Assembly (NCBI GenBank): GCA_045863395.1
Contig: BTVJ01000139.1
Location: forward strand, 1 to 12,412
DNA from: Myxococcales bacterium
GTDB taxonomy: Bacteria; Myxococcota_A; UBA9042; JABWCM01; BTVJ01
Direction of reading: 5' to 3'
Length of the DNA: 12,412 bases
Shown here piece by piece: positions 1 to 10,514 of the stretch (its first letter is position 1; each line of letters starts with the position of its first letter). The notes under the pieces are model-generated. The model had not been told where the DNA came from. It searched no databases and saw only the letters and a program-made list of their open reading frames with translations. Both the position numbers and the translations under genes were made by a program.

Positions 1-108
1 GGCTCCGGCGGCTCCGGTGGCTCCGGTGGCTCCGGCGGCTCCGGCGGCTCCGGTGGCTCCGGCGGCTCCGGCGGCTCCGGTGGCTCCGGTGGCTCCGGTG
101 GCTCCGGG
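1..108 (+). repeat. 9-bp tandem repeat GGCTCCGGY x12 encoding (Gly-Ser-Gly)n
   Basis: Twelve consecutive units vary only at the ninth, wobble base (C/T, last G), which supports frame +1 as the coding frame. The repeat runs off the window edge. Confidence 0.95.
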
Positions 109-318
109 GACGAGGACGCGGGCTCCTTCACGCGCGGTCCAGCGGGCGGGACGGTTGGCGGGCCATCGTCTCCCGGGACCGGCGGCTCATTCGGCGGAGT
201 TGGCTCTGGTGGCTCCGGCGGTGCGTCGTGCTCCTCTTCGGGAGGGCCCGGCTCCAGCGTCCTCGGGCTGCTGCTCATGGCCCTGATACTGCGCCGACGC
301 TGTCCCCGAGTTGCCTGA
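1..318 (+). CDS. 3' end (5'-truncated) of a surface protein with Gly/Ser linker and MYXO-CTERM-like C-terminal sorting signal
   Basis: Frame +1 is open from base 1 to TGA at 316-318 and is not in the ORF track because it has no start in the window. It reads (GSG)12-DEDAGSFTRGPAGGTVGGPSSPGTGGSFGGVGSGGSGGASCSSSGGPGSSVLGLLLMALILRRRCPRVA*. The GGxxC-small residues-hydrophobic helix-RRR layout matches MYXO-CTERM. Confidence 0.85.
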   Translation, partial: GSGGSGGSGGSGGSGGSGGSGGSGGSGGSGGSGGSGDEDAGSFTRGPAGGTVGGPSSPGTGGSFGGVGSGGSGGASCSSSGGPGSSVLGLLLMALILRRRCPRVA

Positions 319-401
319 CCGAGGCGCGAGTCACCGATGCACCTGACCGACTCCATGCCGTTCCCCGCCACGCGCCGACCCCGCCGGCCCAGGATCGCCC
401 A

Positions 402-1289
402 ATGCGCGCAGTAGCCATCGTGCAGGGTCCGACGGGGGCCGAGGTCGAGCTGGGACACGGAGACCTCGTAGGGCGTCTGCGGTCCGCCGCTCTGGTCATC
501 GACGACCCCCGGGTCTCGGAAGCCCACGCCATGGTGAGCCTGCGCGGGGAGCGGCTGAAGCTCCTGCCCCTGCGCGGCCGCCTCTGGGTGGAGCACGCGC
601 AGGTGAACCAGGTGGAGCTCCGGCCGGGACTGGTCGTCGAGCTGGTCCCCGGCGTCTCCCTCCGTGTGGAGGACGTGCTGCTGCCCGAGCGGCTGCTCGC
701 CATCGAGGCGCCGTCGCTGGGTCTCCACGTGCTCTCCGGCGTGACCTCACTGCACCTGCTTCCGCGCCCGCGCCTCGTACCGGGCTTCGTGGGAGGGGCA
801 GACGCGGTGCTCTGGGGAGAGGAGCTGACCTGGAAGCTCTGGCAGCCTCCGGGGACGGTGCAGGACCTCATGCCGGGTGCCCGCGTCCAGGTGGGGTCGC
901 TGGCGCTGACCGCCGTGGACGTGGCTCTGTCGGCCAACCAGGCCCTGTCCACCATCTCCTCCGAGGCGCCCATCGAGCTCGTCGTTCACTACGAGACGGC
1001 GCAGATCCGTTGCGGGGACGGCACCGCGCTGATCACCGGGGTCCCGGCGCGCTTGCTGGCCGAGCTGGTCGCGTTCGACGGGCCCGCGCCTTGGGATGTC
1101 CTCAGCATCGAGCTCTGGGGCACCGGAATCGAGCGTGACCAGCGCCGCGCTCGCCTGGACATGGCCATGCTGCGCCTGCGGCGGCGCCTGCGCGACGCCG
1201 GTATCCGCGATGACCTGGTCGTCGCCACGGGGACAGGGCAGATCCAGCTCGTGCTTCGCTCCGGGGACCGGGTCGAGAACCGCTCGTGA
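402..1289 (+). CDS. FHA-domain protein with C-terminal OmpR/PhoB-like winged helix (putative transcriptional regulator), 295 aa
   Basis: ATG at 402 is preceded by AGGA (391-394). FHA motifs LVGR and VSEAHA and the closing LRPGLVVEL strand are present. The C-terminus ARLLAELV...WDVLSIELW...RLDMAMLRLRRRLRDAGIRDDLVVATGTGQIQL resembles a Trans_reg_C winged helix. The stop overlaps the kinase start (GTGA 1286-1289). Confidence 0.75.
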   Translation: MRAVAIVQGPTGAEVELGHGDLVGRLRSAALVIDDPRVSEAHAMVSLRGERLKLLPLRGRLWVEHAQVNQVELRPGLVVELVPGVSLRVEDVLLPERLLAIEAPSLGLHVLSGVTSLHLLPRPRLVPGFVGGADAVLWGEELTWKLWQPPGTVQDLMPGARVQVGSLALTAVDVALSANQALSTISSEAPIELVVHYETAQIRCGDGTALITGVPARLLAELVAFDGPAPWDVLSIELWGTGIERDQRRARLDMAMLRLRRRLRDAGIRDDLVVATGTGQIQLVLRSGDRVENRS

Positions 1290-4279
1290 AGCCCACCACC
1301 GGCTCCTCCTGGGTCCAGCTCAGTGGGCCCGGTGTCCTGAGCAACGCCGATCCGCAGCCCTGGCCCGACGGGGCGCCTCACCCCTTCTCCACGGCCGAGC
1401 CACTTCGCTATGAGCACCGCGGCCTCATCGCCGTGGGGGCGATGGGGCGCGTGGACCGGGTCTTCGATCACAGGCTCCTCCGCGAGGTGGCCCTCAAGAC
1501 CCCCAGAACTCCCACAGCCGCAGCGAGGCTCGCGCAGGAGGCCTGGATCACCGCGCAGCTCGACCACCCAGGGATCGTCGCGGTCCACGACGCGGGCACC
1601 ACCACAACCGGGCTCCCGTTCTACTCCATGCGCCTCATCCGCGGCCGGACCCTGGAGGAGGCGCTCGCCGCCAGCGACGGGCGTCTCGCGCTCCTGCGGC
1701 ACTTCCTGACCGCCTGCGAGGCGGTGGCCCACGCCCACGGCCTCGGTGTCGTGCACCGGGACCTCAAGCCGCAGAACATCATGGTCGGCGACCTCGGTGA
1801 GACCCTCGTCGTGGACTGGGGTCTGGCCCGCCCGGCCGCGTCCGCCGCGGGCGACGCCTGGACCGAAGGGCTGCTCCCGCCTGGGCTCGGGACCGAGACC
1901 GTGGCCGGCGCCGTGGTCGGCACCCCGGCGTACATGAGCCCCGAGCAGTCCCTGGGGCTTCCCCCGCTGCCAGCGTCGGACGTGTGGAGCCTCGGGGCCA
2001 TCCTGGTCCGCCTCGTGAGTGGCGCGCCCCCGTTCGGGGTCGGCGATCCGGCGGACATCCTGCGGCGGCTGCGATCGGAGCCGCCCCCCCCGCTGGCGCG
2101 CGTCGCCCCTGACGCCCCCCTGGAGCTGTGCGCCATCGCGGCGAAGGCCCTGGCGCCGGACCCGCAGCGGCGCTACCCGACGGCGCGCGAGCTGGCCGCG
2201 GACATCGAGAGCTTCATGGAGGGCCGCCGCGTCTCGGCGCATGCCTACCGGCCCGCCGAGCTCCTGCGGCGCCTGGCGCGCGCCTGGAGGGCGCCGCTGC
2301 TCGTCGGTGCCCTGGCCCTGACGCTGCTCGCCGCCGTCGGCGCCGTCGCCGTGCGTCAGACGGCCGAGGAGCGGGACCGCGCCGTCCGCGCCGAGCAGCG
2401 CACCTCCGAGGCGCTCCGGGTCGCCGACGAGCACCTGGCGGAGACGCTGGTCGCCCACGCGGAGCGGGAGGCGACCCACGGGCAGCGGCCCGAGGCCGAG
2501 CTGGCCGCGGCCGAGGCCCTCCTCAAGCGCGAGGATCCGGCCGCCCGCGGCGTGCTCATGGGCTTCGCGGGACCAGGCCCTGTGGCCGCCCGGGTCCTGC
2601 CCGCGCCCCCGTGCGAGCGCATCGCGCTGCACCCCGCCGCGACCCACGCGCTGTGTTTGGACGAGACCCCGGCCCTGTGGCGCCTCCTGCCCCTGGAGCG
2701 CCTGTGGACTGCGGGCGTCGTCGGTCGGAGCGGCGGCTTCGTGACCGGTGACACGGTGGCCATCGGCGACTGGCAGGGCAGGGTCCACCTGCTCGGGCTG
2801 GACGGCGAGCCGCTCACGCCCCCCCCAGCCTACGAGAAGGCCGAGACCATGGTCACCGGCCACGGCATCGCTCTGGTGCTGTGGGGCGACGTCGTGGCCC
2901 TGGCCGGCACGGGGCGGGATCACGAGGTGGTCTGTGATGCGCCTCATACGTCGGTCGGGGGCGCCAGCGCGCCGGGGCGCTTCGCGGTCTCGTGCAGCGA
3001 CGGGTCGGTCGTGCTCGGGTCCGCCGGCGATCCTCGGATCCATCGTCTCCCCCACGCGGTGCCCCCGGAGTCCCTCGGGCACGCGCTGGTCCTGCTGCCG
3101 GGTGAGCGCCTCGCCATGCTCCATGACAAGGGGCGGCTGACGGTCCTCTCGCTGCTCGATGGATCGACCGTCCTGTCCACGGACACGGGCCTCCGCGGCG
3201 CAACGGCCCTGTTGGCGTCGGCGGACGGCGGCCTGCTCGCCGGCCTGTCCACCCACGGCGGCGTGCGCATCCTCGACGCCGAGTCTGGCCGGGAGCTCCA
3301 CCGGCTCCCAGCGGCCCATGCCCGCGCCGCGGCGTGGACGTCCGACGGGCTCGTGACGGCCGGAGAGTCCACCGTGGTGCGGTGGTCGCTCCCCGAGGCC
3401 CCCCTGGCCTGGCGCCTGGGCGAAGGGGCGGGCGTCGCCACGATCACGGCGACTGGCGACCGTGTGTTCGTCGGGCGTGGAGATGGCCACCTGGAGGCCT
3501 GGCGAACCGACGGTGCACCGCTATGGCAGGTGCGCCTCGGCGAGCAGGTGGTCAAGCGGTTGGCTGTGTCCCCCGACGGCGCGCGCCTGTACGTAGCCTC
3601 CATGAGTCAGCGAGGCGTAGGGGTCCTCGACGGCGCGACGGGCGCAGAGCGGGGGCGGCTCGGCGACGGAGTCAACCGGCGCCTGGGTGTCCTGGCGGAT
3701 GGCACGGTCATCGTGGCCTCCTGGAGCACCCCGCCCGAGGTGTTCGACGGTGCCGGCACCCCTCTCCCGGGCCCTGCCGCGGGCCGCACGCTGGATCTGG
3801 ACGTGGACCCGGCTGGCGAGCGCGTCGCGCTGCTGGAGGAGCGCACGGGCCGCGCGCTCTGGTGGCCTGGCGACGTGTCCATCGGCACGTGGCCCGGCGC
3901 GACGGCCATCGCCGCGGGCGCGAGCTCCGCAGCGGTGAGCGCGGGCGGGCGGGTCATCGTCGCCAATGGTGGCGCCGAGCGGATCCACCCGGCGGGCGGA
4001 TCGGTCACGGATCTCGCCTTCACGGCGGCCGGGCACCTGGTGGTGGCCCTCCTCGATGGGTCGGTGCGGGTCGCGTCACCGGACGGCGCCACCCTCGCCA
4101 CCCTGCGGGGACACACGGAGCGCGTCGCCCAGGTCGTGGTCCTTCCGGACACGCTGCTCACCGGGAGCTGGGACGGCACGGTGCGGCGCTGGGGCCTCGG
4201 GCCGCTCCTGGCCGAGCCCTCGACGCTGTTTGCCGAGGTCGAGGCGCGGTGGGGGACGGGAGGTCCCTCTCCAGATTGA
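1286..4279 (+). CDS. Hanks-type Ser/Thr protein kinase with transmembrane helix and C-terminal WD40/PQQ-like beta-propeller, 997 aa
   Basis: Kinase motifs: IAVGAMGRV, VALK, QEAWITAQLDHPGIV, HRDLKPQNI, DWGLA, GTPAYMSPEQ, SDVWSLG, DPQRRY. Hydrophobic segment APLLVGALALTLLAAVGAVAV at 2291-2353. WD-like repeats include LAVSPDGARLYVAS and LRGHTERVAQVVVLPDTLLTGSWDGTVRRW. Confidence 0.93.
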   Translation: MKPTTGSSWVQLSGPGVLSNADPQPWPDGAPHPFSTAEPLRYEHRGLIAVGAMGRVDRVFDHRLLREVALKTPRTPTAAARLAQEAWITAQLDHPGIVAVHDAGTTTTGLPFYSMRLIRGRTLEEALAASDGRLALLRHFLTACEAVAHAHGLGVVHRDLKPQNIMVGDLGETLVVDWGLARPAASAAGDAWTEGLLPPGLGTETVAGAVVGTPAYMSPEQSLGLPPLPASDVWSLGAILVRLVSGAPPFGVGDPADILRRLRSEPPPPLARVAPDAPLELCAIAAKALAPDPQRRYPTARELAADIESFMEGRRVSAHAYRPAELLRRLARAWRAPLLVGALALTLLAAVGAVAVRQTAEERDRAVRAEQRTSEALRVADEHLAETLVAHAEREATHGQRPEAELAAAEALLKREDPAARGVLMGFAGPGPVAARVLPAPPCERIALHPAATHALCLDETPALWRLLPLERLWTAGVVGRSGGFVTGDTVAIGDWQGRVHLLGLDGEPLTPPPAYEKAETMVTGHGIALVLWGDVVALAGTGRDHEVVCDAPHTSVGGASAPGRFAVSCSDGSVVLGSAGDPRIHRLPHAVPPESLGHALVLLPGERLAMLHDKGRLTVLSLLDGSTVLSTDTGLRGATALLASADGGLLAGLSTHGGVRILDAESGRELHRLPAAHARAAAWTSDGLVTAGESTVVRWSLPEAPLAWRLGEGAGVATITATGDRVFVGRGDGHLEAWRTDGAPLWQVRLGEQVVKRLAVSPDGARLYVASMSQRGVGVLDGATGAERGRLGDGVNRRLGVLADGTVIVASWSTPPEVFDGAGTPLPGPAAGRTLDLDVDPAGERVALLEERTGRALWWPGDVSIGTWPGATAIAAGASSAAVSAGGRVIVANGGAERIHPAGGSVTDLAFTAAGHLVVALLDGSVRVASPDGATLATLRGHTERVAQVVVLPDTLLTGSWDGTVRRWGLGPLLAEPSTLFAEVEARWGTGGPSPD

Positions 4280-4354
4280 CGACCACCGCGCTTCGGGGCG
4301 CGCCGAGTCCCCGCCGCGCGACCGGACAAGGCTCGCCACCAGCGCCCGCCGGAG

Positions 4355-7471
<3,117 letters not shown>

Positions 7472-7481
7472 CGCCGTCCCC

Positions 7482-8990
7482 TCAGTGCGCGTGGCCGTGT
7501 GCTGGGACGGATCCGGCGGACGCCGCCAGCCGCACCGCGTAGGCCCCGCGGGTCACCACGCGCTCGCCGGCGGTGAGGCCGGAGCGGATCTCCACGAGCC
7601 CGCGGTCGCGGATGCCGGGCTCCACGGGGCGTCGCGCGAAGGACTCGCCCCCCACCTGCACGTACACCACGGGCTGCCCCCCCTCGTGGACGAGCGCCTC
7701 CCGCGGGACGGCGAGGGCCGTGACCGCGGGGCCGGTGACGACGTGGGCGCGGGCGCTCGTGCCCGGGAGCGCCGGCGCTCCGGGCAGCGCCCAGACGAGG
7801 CCCGCCGTGCGTGACACGGGGTCCACCTGGACGCCGCGGCTGACCAGCGCCTCCGCGGGGAGCTCCAGCGGGGTCGGGCGCCCCTCCACCTCGAACCAGA
7901 CGTCCCCGGGGGCGTTGAGGACGCGGGCGAGGTCCGCCTCGGGCACCCGCGCCTCCAGCCACAGGTTGGTGACGTCGAGGAGCTGAAACAGGGCGTCGCC
8001 CTCGGCGGCCCAGGCGCCGGGCGCCACCTCGACGGACGTCACCAGCCCATCGAAGGGGGCGCGCACCTCGATGGTCGCCTCTGCATGGGCGCCCTGGATC
8101 GCCGCCCCCTGGGCCCGGCGCCGGGTGGCGGCGCGCAGGTGGGCGGCGGCCTGCTTCTCGGCGGACCTCGCCTCATCCACGCTGCGCGCGGCGACGATCC
8201 CGAGCGTGAGGAGCCCGTCGAGGCGCTCCCGCTCCCGCCGCGCTTGCGCGAGCTGGATCCGCGCGGTCTCGACCCCGAGATCGAGGGACGCCGCGTCGCC
8301 GCCGTCCGGGAGCCGAGGGGCGATGCGGGCGAGGACCGCGCCGGCCGCCACCGCACGGCCCACCGCCACGTCCTCGGCGACCTCCACGCGCCCCGCCACG
8401 GGCGCACCGACCCGCACGTTCCCCCCGGCCCGCACCCGGACGCTGGACCAGACCGCCAGGGATGGACGGAGCGTGTGGGCAGCGACGGGGGCGGTGGCGA
8501 AGTCCAGGCGCCACGACTGCTCCTTGAGGAACGTGATCAGTCCGGGCTCCTCGTCTGCGGGTGCGTCGGCGATGGCGGCCCGGTCCGCATGGACCGTCAT
8601 CTCGCCCAGGTCGTGCTCGTCGCTCAGGTCCCCCGCGATGAGGCGCACCCGGAGGCGCCGGGGACCCGCGTGGATGGGCCGGACCACCGGCCGGAAGATG
8701 CCGGGCACCGAGGGACCGTCCACCTCGAAGCGCTCGTCCGGCGCGCCGCCGCTGAGCTCCGCGACGACGCGGCCGGCCTCGACGGGTTTGAAGTCTGCGA
8801 GGCGCGTCAGGTGGGCCGCGAAGGGCGCGTCCTCGCCGACGACCAGGGCGGGGAACTCCACGAAGAGCTCCGTGTGTGCGGCGAAGAGCGTGACCGCCGA
8901 GGAGGGGAGCTCCTCGGCCGCCTCCTCGGGCTCGAGGGGGTGGTCGTGCCCGTGACACGCCGCCAGGGCCAGCGCGACGAGCAGCAGCAT
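7482..8990 (-). CDS. RND periplasmic adaptor (membrane fusion protein), lipoprotein with His-rich termini
   Basis: Lipobox LALAA-C followed by HGHDH. Lipoyl halves VGAPVAGRV and VRAPFDGLV flank an alpha-hairpin. Also LWLEARVPEADL, VDPVSRT, AVPREAL, GLTAGERVVTRGAY and C-terminal PAHGHAH. ATG 8990 has RBS GGGGAG 7 nt upstream; the in-frame ATG at 9074 is the alternative start. Confidence 0.9.
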   Translation of the reverse strand: MLLLVALALAACHGHDHPLEPEEAAEELPSSAVTLFAAHTELFVEFPALVVGEDAPFAAHLTRLADFKPVEAGRVVAELSGGAPDERFEVDGPSVPGIFRPVVRPIHAGPRRLRVRLIAGDLSDEHDLGEMTVHADRAAIADAPADEEPGLITFLKEQSWRLDFATAPVAAHTLRPSLAVWSSVRVRAGGNVRVGAPVAGRVEVAEDVAVGRAVAAGAVLARIAPRLPDGGDAASLDLGVETARIQLAQARRERERLDGLLTLGIVAARSVDEARSAEKQAAAHLRAATRRRAQGAAIQGAHAEATIEVRAPFDGLVTSVEVAPGAWAAEGDALFQLLDVTNLWLEARVPEADLARVLNAPGDVWFEVEGRPTPLELPAEALVSRGVQVDPVSRTAGLVWALPGAPALPGTSARAHVVTGPAVTALAVPREALVHEGGQPVVYVQVGGESFARRPVEPGIRDRGLVEIRSGLTAGERVVTRGAYAVRLAASAGSVPAHGHAH

Positions 8991-9012
8991 CGCGCCACTC
9001 CCCGCGGTCGCG

Positions 9013-9038
9013 AAAGTCCGATGATGGGTCGGTGTTTT
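9013..9038. promoter_or_regulatory. Putative BlaI-family operator, site B (CCGA-N7-TCGG)
   Basis: The + strand reads AAAGTCCGA TGATGGG TCGGTGTTTT, an AT-richer patch about 25-45 nt upstream of the adaptor ATG. Its 19-nt core matches the reverse complement of site A at 15 positions. Confidence 0.55.
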
Positions 9039-9077
9039 AGCCCGAGCGCGTCCCAAGAGGCGGAGCGTCTCCATGTG

Positions 9078-10046
9078 TCACATCCCTGCGATGAACCCGA
9101 ACAGGGTCTCGGCCGCGTGGTGGAGGGGGTCGGCGAGCAGGGCCGCGGCGAGCAGCAGCGGGGCGAGGAGCCAGGAGGGGGTGCGCCTCGCGGCCGGCTC
9201 GGGGGACAGCAGCGCCTCGACGCGCCGGGGCACCGCGGAGCCTCCCAGGGGCGCGCCGAGGGCCGCGTGCGCCGGGGTCGCGAGGGCCAGCCGCTCGACG
9301 GCCAGCAGCGCCCGCGCGACGATGAGGCGGTCTCCGACGGCGGCCGCGGCCTCCGCGTCGCTCGCCAGCTCGGCGGCCAGGTCCAGTGAAGAGAGCAGCC
9401 GCCGGCGCAGGGCGGGGAGGTGCGCCGTCGCCAGCAAGGACGCGACGAAGGCGCGGAGCACGTCGCGGCGCCGGTTGTGAGCGCGCTCGTGGGCGATGAC
9501 CGCCGCCAGCAGCGGCGCGGGCAGGTCGGCGACCAGCGCGGAGCTGATCACGACGCGGCGCCGGAGGAGCCCCGTGCTCAGGGCGATGGGCGTGGTGGTG
9601 GGGACCACGTGCACGTCCGCGTCCTCGCGCGCCCCCGAGAGCAGCAGCGCGACGGAGCGTCTCGCCCGGAGGGCCCCGAGCAGCGACGACGCGGCCCGCG
9701 CGCCCACCACCGCGACCAGCGTGAGCACGACGAGCCACGCGAGGGGGCTGCCCGCGCTGTCGGGGAGGTGCGAGAAGCAGAAGTGGGCGTGGTCTCCGCC
9801 GTGGGTGGTGCAGTGGTCACCGGCGAGGGAGAGCGCCTTGGGCGCAAAGCACAGCGCCGTGAACCCGAGCCCGGCGAGCAGGGGCGCACCGGACGCCACG
9901 AGGAGCCCCCAGGCGCGCCGCTCTGCCGGCAGCGCCTCGACGCGCGGGAGCCAAAGCCGGGTCGTGGCGGCCATGAGCAGCGCGACGCCCAGCGATACGC
10001 CCGCAGTGGCGCACAGCGAGAGCAGGAGCAGGCCCAGCGCGCTCAC
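9078..10046 (-). CDS. BlaR1/M56-family membrane zinc metallopeptidase lacking a penicillin-binding domain, 322 aa
   Basis: GTG at 10046 overlaps the repressor stop (GTGA). Three N-terminal hydrophobic segments; PIALSTGLLRRRVVISSAL; HERAH zinc motif (9477-9491) followed by RRRD; third-ligand motif ELASD; RRVEALL; final TM then LHHAAE. The ORF-track start at 10496 runs through the repressor gene and is not credible. Confidence 0.9.
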   Translation of the reverse strand: MSALGLLLLSLCATAGVSLGVALLMAATTRLWLPRVEALPAERRAWGLLVASGAPLLAGLGFTALCFAPKALSLAGDHCTTHGGDHAHFCFSHLPDSAGSPLAWLVVLTLVAVVGARAASSLLGALRARRSVALLLSGAREDADVHVVPTTTPIALSTGLLRRRVVISSALVADLPAPLLAAVIAHERAHNRRRDVLRAFVASLLATAHLPALRRRLLSSLDLAAELASDAEAAAAVGDRLIVARALLAVERLALATPAHAALGAPLGGSAVPRRVEALLSPEPAARRTPSWLLAPLLLAAALLADPLHHAAETLFGFIAGM

Positions 10047-10450
10047 CCCTCGTGCTCCGCCCGGGCCCGGAGCCGCGCCTCGACCAGCTCCTCCAGGCGC
10101 TCCAGGTGCTCTGCTCCGGCTCGCTCCGTCAGGTCGACGAAGGCGCTGACCATCGCCCCCGGCTCCCCGTCCATCAACCGCTCCACGACCTGCCGCAGCG
10201 CCAGACGGTGCAGGTCCTCGCGCGTCATGGCCGGAGCGTACAGGTAGGCGTGGCTCACCTTCTGCCGCCGGAGCATCCCCTTCTCGTGCAGGCGCTTCAG
10301 CGTGGACTGGACCGTGTTGAGGGTGATCCCGCGGGGCCTGCCGAGCAGGTCGTGGACGTCCTTGACGTCGGACTCCCCCCGCTGCCAGAGCACGTCGAGC
10401 ACAGCGAGCTCCAGCTCGCCGAGGGTCGGGGGCAGGTCGGGGATCGTCAT
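10043..10450 (-). CDS. BlaI/MecI/CopY-family transcriptional repressor, 135 aa
   Basis: LGELELAVLDVLW...DVKDVH...ITLNTVQSTLKRLHEKGMLRRQKVSHAYLYAPAMTRED is the typical winged-helix pattern of the penicillinase-repressor family. ATG 10450 has GGAG 8 nt upstream. There is no CopY-type C-terminal Cys motif. Confidence 0.93.
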   Translation of the reverse strand: MTIPDLPPTLGELELAVLDVLWQRGESDVKDVHDLLGRPRGITLNTVQSTLKRLHEKGMLRRQKVSHAYLYAPAMTREDLHRLALRQVVERLMDGEPGAMVSAFVDLTERAGAEHLERLEELVEARLRARAEHEG

Positions 10451-10477
10451 TGGCGCGGCTCCGTCGGTGAGCGCACA

Positions 10478-10506
10478 GACATAGCCGCACCAACACCGAC
10501 CGTCAA
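10478..10506 (-). promoter_or_regulatory. Putative sigma70-type promoter for the repressor-peptidase-efflux cluster
   Basis: The minus strand has TTGACG (10506-10501), a 17-nt spacer and TATGTC (10483-10478), ending 28 nt before the ATG. The -35 is strong and the -10 is weak. Confidence 0.55.
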
Positions 10507-10514
10507 TCGGTTTT
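10492..10514. promoter_or_regulatory. Putative BlaI-family operator, site A (AACACCGA-N7-TCGGTTTT), overlapping the -35 box
   Basis: Inverted repeat with 7/8 matching arms and a perfect ACCGA/TCGGT core. The TTGACG hexamer lies in the spacer. A near copy sits at 9013-9038. Confidence 0.6.

Noticed and set aside
17..286. ORF-track 89-aa APVAPA protein (frame +2)
   Set aside because: It is an alternate reading of the GGCTCCGGY repeat. Variation is synonymous only in frame +1, which also ends in a recognisable sorting signal.
228..401. Extended N-terminus of the FHA protein from GTG 228
   Set aside because: It overlaps the upstream gene end and looks low-complexity. ATG 402 has an RBS and directly precedes the domain.
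1810..1830. DWG instead of DFG as a sign of a pseudokinase
   Set aside because: The catalytic Lys, HRD, Asn and Asp are intact, and DWG is a known variant in bacterial kinases of this type.
989..3490. 833-aa antisense ORF and other long overlapping ORFs (e.g. 4934-5956, 5379-7451, 5963-7576, 6120-7814, 8085-9389, 10571-12259)
   Set aside because: These are shadow ORFs expected in high-GC coding DNA. They have no recognisable motifs and overlap well-supported genes.
4287..4302. Hairpin CGCGC-TTCGGG-GCGCG between the convergent kinase and RND genes
   Set aside because: The stem is short with no U-tract on either strand, too weak to call a terminator.
9078..10450. Beta-lactam resistance (blaI/blaR1) or CopY copper-repressor call
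   Set aside because: There is no penicillin-binding domain or beta-lactamase, and the repressor has no Cys at all, so gene symbols were withheld.
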